Shown here in pieces: positions 27,649 through 40,614 of a DNA stretch of 64,000 nucleotides. The notes under the pieces were generated by a model. The model saw only the letters and a program-made list of their open reading frames with translations, ran no database searches and was not told the DNA's origin. The stretch is taken from the NCBI GenBank assembly GCA_032718475.1, contig JAUCBJ010000981.1:1-64000 (forward strand). The letters run 5' to 3'. The stretch's first letter is position 1; each line of letters opens with the position of its first letter. The position numbers and the translations under genes were made by a program. The stretch is from Nemertoderma westbladi (taxonomy: Eukaryota; Animalia; Xenacoelomorpha).

Positions 27649-27929
27649 TAAATCGATATAATTCTAATTATTTTTGTATTAGAATAGTGTATATTTTTTA
27701 TTTTTTGTTCTAGAACTCTTCACTGTTGCCATGGTAACCGAAATAAGGAATATTATAAAATTGAAACTAGATATTTTGTAATTCAGATACGACTTAGTAC
27801 GATTTTTTTTTAAATTTACTAAAATAATATTTAATTTACTAAAATTACACTTTTATTTACTTTATTTTTGTAGGAGACCTGATAGACTTTCACATTTACA
27901 GCGGAATCATATTTTGTTTAGCAAAAAAT

Positions 27930-30420
27930 TAAAAATCACTAATTAATGTAGAGTTAAGAGTTATTTTGCATGGGGTCTTTATGGTAGATGTTGGGTCTGT
28001 CGCGACATTGGAGTGGATGATCGACGTTTCCGAGATGTTGCGGCGCACCGGACGATGTGAAGCAGATCGGCAACCTCGGAGGCAGAAGAGAGTGGAGTGG
28101 AGCAAAGCAAAACTCAGTTTCCATCGCACCCAGGTTATGGACTGACAGTATCGCAGTTCCTGCATTTCAGCCAGCTTGTGAGCCAGACGAGGGCCAAATC
28201 GTTTGCCAATGGTGTCATGCCCACAAACGTAGTGAATATCATAGGAACAAAGTTCCCGTGTTCCACTTCTCTCACCCGCTCCTCATACTTGCGGATCTTC
28301 CGATCCTCATCATGATAGCGGTGCGCCGCCTCTAGGGACATAGCTGCATTTGTGTTGGCTAGCGGGTTGAAGGCTGACACATCGATAAACGACCTCTGAA
28401 AGCAGTTGCCCCAGAAGCCACTCATCCACACGTCCAATCTAGACTGTTGGTCTGTGGAGGTGGATCTCAAGGCGAAATGGTCGCCCATCAGTGGCTGGAG
28501 CATGGGCTTGACAGCCACATTATGGGACACCTCAGTCAGGGTGTCGGCCAAAAAGTCGCGGATCTCATTGTGCCTGATGGAGGGAAATCCCCCCGTGGGG
28601 CACAAAAGGACGTATGAAGGAGAAAATCGCACCCCCCCCCCCCCACAAGCACAATGAGATGGCAGACTTCATTGCTTACATCCATAACACAGGCAGAGCA
28701 CATCGCGGAACTCCTCTTTGTCCAGGTGTGTGTCCTGCAAAGTCAGAGGCTTGCTTTTGAGCCAGGACAATGTGCATTTCTTTGACGTCAGCTCACAGAG
28801 CTTGCGATGTTGTGGGGAGATCTTACCATACGTTTTTTTCAGCTTTTGCTGCTGTCTCCACCAACGACTGCACCTTCACCAGAGTCACTGCATGTTTCTG
28901 CAGTTCGCGGACTGCTAACATGGTATCCGGAGATGCACACAGGAAGGGTTCGCAAATGCAGCGGGAGTTATTGTACTGGGCGCTCAAATTGGACGGAACT
29001 GGAACTCCCAACCCACCATAGTGAACAGACAAAGAAACCAGCTGTCGCTCCTCGTGGGAGATACCTGGATGGTCAACCAGGCAGCTGAGGAGTTGGGTCA
29101 CCAATTCTTCTAATTTCCAGAAATGAACTGTGGCGCTTGGGATGACGTGGGACATGAATTGCCACCGACACGACAGGCCAAATACCAACCCTGTATAAAA
29201 TGCGTATGCACAGTGTCGGTCAACTGTGGCAATGTCGGTGAGGCGGTCCACCTCACCAGAGAACTGGTCGACCTTGTTGGCGATGTACTGACGTCGGAAC
29301 TCTTCAGTACCAGCGACTCCACCGAGGAGTTCATGTCCCACTGAAATCACGCAGATACCCATAATGGCAAATAGTAACTCTGCCTCATTGCGCTTCTCCT
29401 CCTTCACTGTAAGGTGGCACTTTGACAGAAAGTAGCCATACAGTAGGCCTCTCTTGGATACGACGTCCCAGAACTTATGGAGCATGGGGAGTTTCCCTGC
29501 CGCATTTCCATCACCCGCAAACCACTGCTGTTCGGCCCCACATGCATCATCCAACTCCACCAGCAATGGCATAATTGCCATGGCTACGGGGTCCCCCTGG
29601 GTGGTCCCCTCCTCCGAAAGCAGGGTCTCTCCTCCAACAAACAGCCTCATAGGGTGGCTGTAGCAGTTAGTAACAATAGCCCGGAGCGCTGGGCACACAT
29701 AGCGGATGTCATGTATCGCTGCCTGCCGATTCAGCACATTAAACGCATTAGTGGTGTTGATCTGTAGCAGCGCATTACAGTCCTCCTCTTTGAATGCATC
29801 GCTGAGGCTGTGTATGGCATACTCTATCCCAGCCTTCTGGCCGAGACAGAGTTGTGTCTCTCCGCCAACTGTCTGTAGGTCCTCCCAGATATAGTGGATG
29901 ACCGATTTCCCAATGACACAGCTCAGCACCTCACCAATCCTGATGGGTCGTACGCCAGGGTTCTTGTCGAGTACCAGTAACCAGGCATTGAAGAGCATAG
30001 ACACAGCCTTTGGAGGGACCACTGTCTGCGCGATCTGTTTGGCCCACCCTGCTACCTGGTCACACAGATCAGTTGACTGGCTGTGAAACTTGGCCATGAG
30101 GTGATTCCACCCCTGAACATTAAGTCCAGAAGCGCCCACTGCGTTTCCCTTCATTCACAGTAGACTGGCGACTACTACCTGGCCATCATTCCCCTCAAAT
30201 ATCACTCCATGGTGCTCTAGGGCACCTCAAAACTCTGTGATGAGGGTCGAATCGTCCTCTGGTTGCGCTGGGGGGTGTTTATCTCGCAGTAGTGCTTTGC
30301 ACACAACCTTGGTGTTGCCATCCTTGTCCTTGAATGCATCATTAAGTTGTGCCAAGGGCTTCCCCCGATTGAGTTCACTAAGGCATCGTTTTCGCAGCTG
30401 ACACATTGCCAGTCACCATA
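27930..30420 (-). mobile_element. CRE-like non-LTR retrotransposon copy A (RT plus restriction-like endonuclease), degraded and 5'-truncated
   Basis: LDKNPGVRPIRIGE, EGTTQGDPVAMA, degenerate YADD; then CPTGGFPSIRHNEIRD and SRLDV..GFW...FIDV endonuclease motifs. Confidence 0.85.
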
Positions 30421-30439
30421 CCACTTAAGCTAACTTAAT

Positions 30440-30585
30440 TCGATTTAGAAAATCTGCAGAACTACAGAATAGAAATACGATTTAGTAAATCTGCACAACT
30501 ACAGTACAAAAATACGATTTAGTAAATCTCCACAACTACAGTACAAAAATACGATTTAGTAAATCTTTACAACTATAGTACAAAC
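30440..30585. repeat. 37-bp minisatellite, left block
   Basis: AGTACAAAAATACGATTTAGTAAATCTGCACAACTAC about 4 times; the same motif recurs at 34040-34170. Confidence 0.9.
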
Positions 30586-30586
30586 A

Positions 30587-33500
30587 TTTTTTTTACTTAC
30601 TAATTGATATTATTACAACAAACAAATACAAACAATAAAAAACACAAAACAAACAATGGCTCTAATACCCACCACCAGGAAACAATCATACTTTAAAAAG
30701 AAAAACTTTTAGGTAGGAGCGGGAAAAGTCCAACAATATATATTATTTACAGTTTTATTTACATGGCTAATGTTGGGAGACCGGCCCCGTCCTCAAATCC
30801 CAGACCGCTACGCCACCTCGTGCGAGATCCACGCAGGCAGTGGGACGTACCGCAGACAATGGCGAACTACACTCGTGTGCGGACCCATCCCATAATGGTG
30901 GCGTAGGGTTTACCCCAGCAGCTGTGAAGTTTGGTGGCGATAATGCGGATCAGCATGTTCGCCTGCGGTGCCAACACTACGTCACACGAAGCCACGAAAG
31001 GTGAGAAGTCGCCGCGACGAGCTGCTACAGCAGCCGCGTACAACCGCTTCTTCTCATCTTCCGTAGCCTCGAGAATGGTCATAGGAGCACGTTTAGCGTA
31101 AGACTCGGCGTCAATGTTGGTTGACCTGATATCGATCAATGCCTGAGCCTGTGTGTTAAATGTGCCCCTAATCCCTACATCGCAACGCAGCCCTGCTCCA
31201 TCACCATCCTCCATCTGCTCCCTCACCACCGGCTCCAACATGACATTGCGCGGCCCAAACGCCAATGCAGCAAGGTCACCCACGGTGTCGCGCAACTCAC
31301 TGTGGCACTGGATGACATTCTTACAGACGATTCTTACAATTCAAACCGTGGTTCAAATCAAAGGCGGCCCCGCATCCGTCGCACCGACTGGGAATGCCGA
31401 GGAGGGGTCTCCCGTACCGAACTGCCACCATATCGCAGAATTCTCGTGGGGAAAGGTCATACTGGAGGTCAGCACGGGGGAGAGAAGAGATCCAGCTGCC
31501 GGTTTTGTACTCCGCTGCTCGGCGGATTGTGTGGCAGCGGTGTTCCGTCAATGCCCCCAGTGCCTCCTCGAACTCGGAAATCTCAGCCAGCTTCCTGGTC
31601 TCACCATCCTCCTTCCTTGCCCTCACTAAACATTCCCAATGAGCTGAGAGATCAAACTCCTCTGTTCCAGCCATCGCACCACAGAGAAATCGGGTCCCTC
31701 GGGTTGAGACGAGGTACGACGGGTCGGCCTCGGATACCAGGTTTCGCAGACCCATACCTCCGCGTTGTGGGGACAAACTGAAGAGTTTGCGCTCGTCCGG
31801 CGTGATGGACCCTCCGAGCATGGCAGGGAGAAACCATTCGGCAATGGCAGTTTCAAGGACGGTGAATTCCTCTTCGCAGTCAGCGGTGACCCTCTGTATG
31901 TAGGCCCACTCGCGCTGCAGCGAGCAAACCATGTCTGAGAAGGCCGCCTGCGGCTGGGAATCCGCCATGGTTGCCAACACGTCAGTCGCATCTACCCATG
32001 CCGCTACCTTCGCCCGGACGAACTGGCGCTGCTCTCCTGCACTCCCGAGGAACCCACTGAGAAATCGGTGTCCTGTGACCACTTTTACAGGGTGGTCACG
32101 GAACACTCTGCGGGCCTCATCTTCATATTCCAGGGCTACCACCAGGTAGCACTTCGACGGCTCGGGATTGTAGCCAAAGGATGGTCCAATGTCGATCAGC
32201 CTCTCGAACCACCGCAGTAAGTTGGCGAGTTTGCCCGCCCCGGCCGAGTCGTCGGCGTACCAGCTCTCGCGAACCGAAGGTGGCGGATCAACTGGAGGGC
32301 TCCGGTGGCATACATGAGCATTGCCAGTGGGTCGCACTGAGTTACGCCCTCCGCACTGAATATGATGGTATCCGTCCCCTTCATCACAAGGATGCTGTGA
32401 CCACGGTAGCTATTATAGAGGAATGTGGAGCAATGTGGCCACAGGCAACGTGTGTTCCACAACACAGCCACCCGGTTGAGTGAGTTGAATGCGTTCGCCG
32501 CGTCCACCAATAGCACGCCCCAACCCTAGTCAGCGTTGTCCTCAAAGAGTGACGACATCGAGTGTATCACCGCCTCAACTCCGGCTTAGGTCCCCGCGGA
32601 CAGCTGTTCGGCGCCACACGTGATGGTGACATTGTCCCCTGTGATCATGGCCATTGCGCGGGCCATTATCCAGCGAAGACACTCCCCGATTCCGATAGGC
32701 CGCACACCCGGACACTTATCCAGCGCAATAAGTCGGCCAGACATCAGCGCACGGAACGACTCCCATGAGACGACAACGTTCGCTAGTGTGCGGGTGAATG
32801 CAGCCACAGTGTCACGAAGTCGCTCGCTGTGGGCGCCATAGTGGAGCAGGTAAACCCGCCAGTGCGTTGAGTCGCTGCCAGCGGGCCCACTCCCACCGTG
32901 GGGCCGCCGAGCGACATCCTCAATGTGTGCCGCAGTCACATCGACATCGACTTTAAGTGGCAGCTCGCTACAATGGATGGTTGAGTCCGAGTTGGGAGGA
33001 GCCGCTGCAGGGTGTTTGTCCTGTACAACATCGATGTCTGCTTCTGGTTCCAGAACTCCTCCTGAATCTCGTCCCATCACCCAACGGACCGCGCTCCTAA
33101 CCTTGCCCTCTAGCATGAGCCTCATGAACACTCGGACAGTGTGGCCGATATCCTTATCTGAGGGCTGAGTTCCACTGTGCCTCCCTGAAGAATGCAGAGA
33201 GGAGCCGCACCTCCTGTAACAGAGTGTCTATCTCGCTGGAGCACCACATCACCACCCTGCGGCTGATAAGGCGGCGAATATCGGCTGCCTTCGCGATCTT
33301 CGGATCTCAGTGAGTGATCAGTGCATCAGCCATCATCAGTCATTCGGAATGAGCCAAGGCGTCCCCCCAACTGAGTCCCGCCACCAAGTTCCGGACCTCG
33401 GTGTCGAGGAGAGACACGACATCCCTTCCAACGGAACCACCTGGAAGTCTGTATCGTGATCCCTGCAGCTGGGTGACTCTGCGCCACTGGTGTAGTAGGT

Positions 33501-34040
33501 GGTCAGGAGGAGCCCCTCTGCCGCTAAGTGGTGCACCAAAAGCTCTTTCCATAAGACCTTCAGGGTCTACACTCTGTGGAGGACCTGAAGCACCAGGTAG
33601 CCAGAACTGATCGAAAGTGTCCATAGGTTTGACCCTGCTTCTGTTTGGAAGGAGTGTGGAGCCAACTCCTGACAGTGGCGTCCGTGGGTGGAATCTGTTG
33701 ATCGGTGGCGTTTGTGGGCGGCATCTTTTGAAGAGTGGCGTTTTTGGGCTGCTTCTTTTGAAGAGTGGCGTTTTTGGGCAGCGTCTTTTGAACGGTGGCA
33801 TTCGAGGGTGACGTCTTTTGAACGGGGGCGTTCGTGGGCGGCGTCTGTTGAACGGTGGTGTTCGTGGACGGCGTCTGTTGAACGGTGACGTTCATGGACG
33901 GCGTCTGTTGAACGGTGACGTTCATGGGCGGCGTCTGTTGAACAGTGGCGTTCGTGAGTGACGTCTTTTGAACGGTGGTGTTCGTGGGCGGCGTCTGTTG
34001 AACGGTGGCATTCGTGGGCGGCGTCTGTTGAACGGTGGCA
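30587..34040 (-). mobile_element. CRE-like non-LTR retrotransposon copy B, near full length but frameshifted
   Basis: YRLPGGSVGR N-terminus, ALDKCPGVRPIGIGE, LLVDAANAFNSLNR, GVTQCDPLAM, WYADD, CDGCG..HGLNCK zinc finger, LRCDVGIRG..LIDIR endonuclease. Short A-tail (T run at about 30587). Confidence 0.88.
33672..34040 (-). repeat. 30-bp tandem repeat (~12 units) in the 5' part of CRE copy B
   Basis: GCGTCTGTTGAACGGTGGCGTTCGTGGGCG units; 10-aa periodicity in the minus-strand ORFs. Confidence 0.9.
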
Positions 34041-34170
34041 GTACAAAAACACGATTTAGTAAATCTGCACAACTATAGTACAAAAATACGATTTGGTAAA
34101 TCTGCACAACTACAGTACAAAAATACATAACTAACAGTAAATCTGCACCACTACTAAAACAGTACAAATG
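34040..34170. repeat. 37-bp minisatellite, right block
   Basis: Same unit as 30440-30585. Confidence 0.85.
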
Positions 34171-34507
34171 ACCTAATATCTCTAAGTATTATTTCCAACC
34201 CTTTAGCTACCCCATCAACCCATTGATTTACCGCTGCTACACTAAGCTGGTCCGCTTCGACCGAAGTTATCTTATATATCGCTCTAACACCCAGGGATGT
34301 TATACTTAAGCTTTCTAGTATTTTACGTCTATGTAAATCATTCTTTCTTGCTACTGATTATATTAAATTGAATTGTGGAATATGACCAGCTTCTACACAG
34401 TATATTTATTTACAGTATATAAATTTATATTATATTTATTAATAATAACTTAATAATTACTTTTATCGACCTAAGAATCTTTTATAAACATAGCACCAAT
34501 AATAAAT

Positions 34508-34630
34508 TAGAGCGTCAGACTTTGAACCCGGAGTCCACCAGTTCGATCCCACCTGGACGTCATCGCCGACTTTGCAAAGCTGTGTCCAACAAAAGTTATA
34601 ATAATATGAAACCACTCATTCACCCATAAC
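34508..34630 (+). mobile_element. tRNA-derived SINE-like fragment
   Basis: TAGAGCGTCAGACTTTGAAC...GTTCGATCCC (tRNA-like head, B box); body shared with 14807-14931. Confidence 0.55.
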
Positions 34631-35799
34631 ACCAACAATAAACAATTTTTTCGCGCACCATCCCCATTGAAGTGACGTGCTACAATCAACAACTTACCTG
34701 TATCACTGTCATGAACGCCAAAGTTCGGTGGTTCGATAGTATATGAATAGTTTAACATCATGAACTCTATGGAGTTGCAATAAGCTGAAAGTAATAATAT
34801 TTAAAAATATTAGCTCGATCTACTAAAAAAGTTAATCTATATTTAATCTATATCAGTCTCCCTTAACCCTATTAGTACCGGGCTAAAAAATGTTGTACAA
34901 ATAATTGGGGGTGGGGGGTGATGGAGGGGGGGGGGGGGGGGGTCATATTGACCCCCTTCTAAAATATACAATTTTTAACGTAAACGTCTGAATTTATTAG
35001 TACGTAGATTTCAGATTTCACTAGTCTGAATCAGACAGGAAAAAAATTTCGAAAAAATTTACTGGGATGGTTATTTTTCAGTACCAACATTTCAAGTAAG
35101 TGAACAATTTTCAAAAAATTTGAGTGACAATTTTCAGCTAATCATTTTTAAGTACATGTTTTCTGGGGCGCTGAATCCATTGGAAAATATTTAAAATGAG
35201 CTGATTACTATAAATGGCAGTTTTAGTCCACTACATAGGATTGAAAAAAAAGTAACCCGCACTTTTCAGTTTGAACACACAATTTTAATTCACTTATACG
35301 ATGCTAAAAATTAACATCTTAAGGTTTTCTGGGGCGCTGATTCTAATGGAATACATTTCTAATGCTCCAGATCATTGCTACTCGTATTTTTCGGCGTAAT
35401 ATGGCAAATTTTGATGGTAGCACAAAATGTCATACCCATCACTAAAATTTCACCAAGTTTGAGACGTTCAGTGCTGTTTTATGATTCCATCTGATTCAGG
35501 ACCCTCATAACGCAAGAAACAAGATGATACTATCTATTGATCGATTTGCTTATTTTCATAAATTTGGTGCTGGCACAACAATTTTCACCCACCGGCAAAA
35601 TTATGTTTCAAAAACTCTTATCCAATTTGTACTTATTCCATAGAATTCAGAACCCTCACAAACCCGTATAACGCAAGAAACAGGGTGACATAATCAATTG
35701 ATATATTTGATGGGTATCAAAATTTGGTGCGCTCTTAATAATTAATTTAATAATAATTAATAATTATTAAGAGTGCTCTTAATTAATAATTTATTATCT

Positions 35800-36023
35800 A
35801 GAGCTCACTTCATAATTCTTGATTTGATTGGTTGGACTGAATTGGTGGGAAGTTGAAATGCATACAGAGTAAGCCAGGTAACGGTTTAGGGTAGAACCGG
35901 TACGCTAATTAATTATAAATCTGTTACCGGTCTGCGAGTGTATAGAATAAATGAGATCAGGTATTTTGAACTTCCCGCTAAATCAGACCAACCAATCAAA
36001 TCACGAATTATCTAGTGTGCTCT
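35800..36023. mobile_element. MITE with ~45-bp imperfect TIRs
   Basis: AGAGCTCACTTCATAATTCTTGATTTGATTGGTTGG versus CCAACCAATCAAATCACGAATTATCTAGTGTGCTCT. Confidence 0.75.
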
Positions 36024-36839
36024 TTTCATAATGTTCTGGATACATTTTTTTTAATGTGCCTTTAGGAGATCCGTAGGTTGAGGATTTTTTTGCAACTAAT
36101 TTATGAATAACATTTATCCTCAGGGTAAAGTGTCGTATGTGTGGAACTTATTTATAAACTAAATGTATTATCCCCTGCTGTGACTAATTTAATTGTCTGG
36201 ATGCATTATCTGTATTCCTACCACAACACACTGAAGTCCGGCGTTATGACAGCAAACCAGTTCCTACAGTTTATGGTTCATATTATGTCTGCATGCTTAT
36301 TGTAAAATGGTACATTAGGCTGGAGGCCTTTCATTGTTCAAACAGTTTTGATTTAGTTTGATCTACAACTAATTGAAAGTGACATTAAATCGGACTGGAA
36401 TTATTAGAATATATTTAACTTCATTGAATGCCTCTGCTTTCTCTTTTCAAAATATCCATGATATTATTTTTTCGAATATTGATCTGATATTGCAGAATGT
36501 ACTGCATCTATAACGACCACATTGGACATCATGGCATAAAGATGTTACACTCGATAATATCACTAATACTGTTGTAATATTGATAATACCCAGATAAGGT
36601 ATTCACATATAGTATGTGGGGGTGTATGTGTAGGTGTACTTTTACATGTATGGCTGGATAACTAGAGTATAGTCTGGACTAATTTTACTAGCAAAGAGTT
36701 TCCCCCACGGATGATATTAAATCCTCCTAGTTAACCTCGGGATCGATATCATTCTAATTTGTTCTACCCGCTAATTTTATACCTCGTGTATCAACTCTGT
36801 ACGGCCCTACGTACGTACAGTCTATTAAACACAATAACC

Positions 36840-37393
36840 CCCCTCTGATTAGTAATGCGGACTATTAGAGGCCAGTGGAATTTTGACACAATTGGCCTCA
36901 CAGGCGTCAGTTTTCTCCTGACCGACTGCCTGTCTTACCCCCTACTGGAGTGAGAACAGCCAAAAATTATTTGAGTCCCTTTTCTGATGACGTTTCTGGC
37001 TCAAACCGTGGGTCACCAGGGAGGCCAGATTGTGATGGGGAGAGGGATTCTGGAGTTGGAGGCTACTCTCATGTTCCACCCCGACCAACAAAGCCATTGG
37101 TGAATGAATCTGAGGGAAGTCACTAGACTAGCCTCAGTAAACACCCTAACACTCGGGTCCCCAATGCGACAAGGTGAGCTGACTGCCTTGGCAGATAAGC
37201 TTTATCTTAGCGCAGTAGTGGGTATTCAATAGCACCGAATGCAGACTGGACAGACTGATAAGGTTCTGATTAAGGGCATGGGGGCGGTTGGCGACTCGCC
37301 CTCGCATCAGCAGATGATAGTGGCAATGGTGGAATTGGTCTATTGATGAATCCAACTTAACATGCAGCATTGGACAAACTAGACCAAATCTCT
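36840..37393 (+). mobile_element. RTE-type LINE 5' fragment (UTR plus start of APE domain)
   Basis: AVVGIQ*HR and GNGGIGLLMNP remnants; homologous to 15040-16125. Confidence 0.65.
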
Positions 37394-37846
37394 AACCGCA
37401 TCACGTACTGGTTCAGTATGGGTACACCCCTCACCAAATTGAATCTGTTTTTTTTATCAATTTTGTCTGGATATATGTGGCTAACGACTAATTGAAATTA
37501 GCTTAATATATAATTGTCTGGATATATGTGGCTAACGACTAATTGAAATTAGCTTAATATATAACCGCATCAGGTACTGGTTCAGTATGGGTACACCCCT
37601 CACCAAATTGAATCTGTTTTTTTAATCAATTTTGTCTGGATATATGTGGCTAACGACTAATTGAAATTAGCTTAATATATAATTGTCTGGATATATGTGG
37701 CTAACGACTAATTGAAATTAGCTTAATATATAACCGCATCAGGTACTGGTTCAGTATGGGTACACCCCTCACAAAATTGAATCTGTTTTTTTATCAATTT
37801 TGTCTGGATATATGTGGCTAACGACTAATTGAAATTAGCTTAATAT
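37394..37846. repeat. 169-bp tandem repeat (~2.7 units), each with an internal ~50-bp duplication
   Basis: AACCGCATCA starts at 37394, 37563 and 37732; TTGTCTGGATATATGTGGCTAACGAC... occurs twice per full unit. Confidence 0.92.
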
Positions 37847-38639
37847 GATATATTCTAGAACACAAATGAAAACGTATAAAACTATAATCACTTCTACCCT
37901 TATATATATTACGGGATTAACCCTGTATCCCTTCAAGAATCCCAAAACCAATATATCACCTTATTAGCCATCAGCCGTATAACGGCAGTAATTATCACCC
38001 TACAAATAAGGGTACTGTTACCTATATAGTAAGGTCAAGGTAGCAATAGGGTCCAGCAGCCAAACCAAAGAAGTATCACGTGGTTGCGCAATCTATCATA
38101 TGTCATACAGTAAATGTATTGTGCATATATATATTCCTTTCCCAGTGTACATAGATTGTATGGGGAGAACCCTTCGCGATCCTCCAATTATTGTGTTATT
38201 GTCCAGCTGAGAGAAAAACAGTAATCAATTACTTTAATTAAGCGATTTAACCATACATAAACTGCTGCCACCTAATGAGATTAGTGGCATGCAGAACCAA
38301 TCATTACATTACAAATTCTGATTCTTAGCTCTCCAGTCTGTGTGGTGCCATTGTTTACACAAGCCCTGACTCTGCGGCATTTACCTCCTTGTGCGTGCGT
38401 CTGTTTCTTACTTTTATACTGTCATTAACCATTATATGCGAAGATAAAAACAAACCCAGTTGAGTTTTCACTGTGATCCAGAGCTATTAAGACCCCTTCT
38501 ACCAGTTATACTTCATTGTATTTCCACCCTCATGGTATCTAGGACGCAAGCAACTCACACTACATCTACCAGCCTATATCCCATGACAATATACATATAC
38601 ATCCCATTTACACCTATACATAGGTTATGTGAACGCACC

Positions 38640-38890
38640 CTTAAACACTAATTATGTATATATTCAAATATTAAACACTAAGTATGTATATATTCAAATA
38701 TTAAACACTAATTATGTATATATTCAAATATTAAACACTAATTTGCTTTTTTCTTTTTGCTTCTGTCAAAAATCTTTGCTTTTTTTTGCTTTTTGCTTTT
38801 TTGCTTGCTTTTTTGCTGCTTTTTGCTTTGCTTTTGCATGTATATATTCAAATATTAAACACTAATTATGTATAATATTCAAATATTTAG
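38640..38890. repeat. 30-bp minisatellite interrupted by TTTGC low-complexity sequence
   Basis: TTAAACACTAATTATGTATATATTCAAATA x3, then a further copy after the T-rich block. Confidence 0.85.
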
Positions 38891-39953
38891 TTATAAAAGT
38901 GTTAATAATTGTTAAATGGTTATAGTAGTACAGGCTCCAGCCTATGACCCCATAGGAATTTTATATATAACTGAGTTACCCTACATAGATGTATAACATC
39001 TAGTACAGATCTATAGTACGGATATGGGACATTAAAAAAATTTGGGTAGACTTCACGAAATGGTTGCGCTCGTTTTTTAGGTGGTCTTAAACATAGAAAC
39101 GGAGAAAATTGCCATAGCAACAGCTCTTATAGTAGATATGACGAGTTAAAATTTAGGAAAGATTACTATTTTGGATATGAAGAATTAAATGGCATATTTC
39201 GTTTTTTTTAAATACAATAGCAACCACGTGAAAACTACCTTCGAAGTTAGCAGTATTGACAATATCCTTAGCAATGGGCTTTAAACGGGTGTAATGCATT
39301 TCCAGTAGTCGAAGCGTCATCGGATCAGAGTCAACCACCAATATATCAACTCTAAGGAACAATATGCACAACTTGCTTGCTTGCAGTTGCCATGGCAATG
39401 GGTTACTTTGGCTAGAAACGGGCTCTATATTAGCTGTAGCGTCATTATATCAACCTCCACCCCAACTATATCGAGTATAAGGAAAAATAAGCAATATGTT
39501 TCAGTTTCTAGATGCCAAGGCAACTTGTCAGAATTGTCAAAAAAGTTGTTTTCATATCACTTAGTTGTTTGACTACATAAAAGAGCGAATTTTGAAAGAT
39601 AAGTGAGGTTTACATGTTACGTATATTTAAGAGATATTACATTAGTCATCACTTATGCCCTACTGTAACATTCTTAAATAAATGAAATTACATTGTGTTA
39701 AGAATTGCAATTACGACAGTAATCAGTGCACATAACACCGTTAGGCCTGCAAGAACAGTGCGCATGCCAGCCGCTAAGGGGCTACATATGTAATAAACGT
39801 TGCTTCAAGCTAAGTTCTATTCAAGCTAAGCTCAGTTCAAGGTAAAACTTAGCATATATGTACTAGATCATGGTCAGCGGTATACATTTCTTTCTGTGTA
39901 ATTGGTTTGTAAAAATTAAAAAATCTATCTGAATGCACCTGTAAGGTGCATGG

Positions 39954-40048
39954 AATGCCTCATTTTAGAGGATGGAGGTGAGGTGCATGCCTCATTTTAG
40001 AGGATGGAGGTGCATGCCTCATTTTAGAGGATGGAGGTGCATGCCTCA
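39954..40048. repeat. ~27-bp tandem repeat x3
   Basis: ATGCCTCATTTTAGAGGATGGAGGTG repeated. Confidence 0.85.
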
Positions 40049-40506
40049 CTTTACACTAATTTACACTCCTATTTAGGGCAACACAAAACACTAATCCAAA
40101 TCAAAGCAACCTATCGAATTGCGTTGTAATTTATCCTATGTTTCTCGACCTTTTGTCAAGTCTGATTATAATTTTGATATTTATTATTTTCTGTTCATTC
40201 GGGTTCATAAATTTTCAGTCTATTTATCTGTGGCCGTATGTGAGTAAATTAATTACCGGAAGCAACACCAGCAGTTATAGTATTTGCAACGTAATGACGC
40301 AGTGGGTGGAAAGAAATTATGTGACAATTCCTGAATTCTGAATCTCTGAATTCTGATATCACTGTGTATTCAGCAATCTCGGGTAACGTGAATCAAAGGT
40401 CCAAAGTTCAAAGCATTATTACTATTACTCAGGAGGATATCTTAATTCGAAACAAATGAGTATGGTTAGTGCGATTTGGAATAACATTGTAAAAGTTTAT
40501 ATAAAA

Positions 40507-40549
40507 TCCGGAACGTTTCGTATAGTTACTTTACACATCATCAGCCGAA
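40507..40549 (-). ncRNA. Minimal type I hammerhead ribozyme motif (Penelope-type)
   Basis: Minus strand reads UUCGG-CUGAUGA-U-GUGUA-aaguaac-UAUAC-GAAAC-GU-U-CCGGA: stems I and II pair and stem III is palindromic. Confidence 0.65.
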
Positions 40550-40614
40550 ATAACAGTATAATTATGACTAAAGAAATACAGATAAATGTATTAAATAGAG
40601 ACTCTAAAAGTGAA

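Noticed and set aside
34508-34560. Functional tRNA gene
   Set aside because: No complete acceptor stem or cloverleaf; treated as a SINE head.
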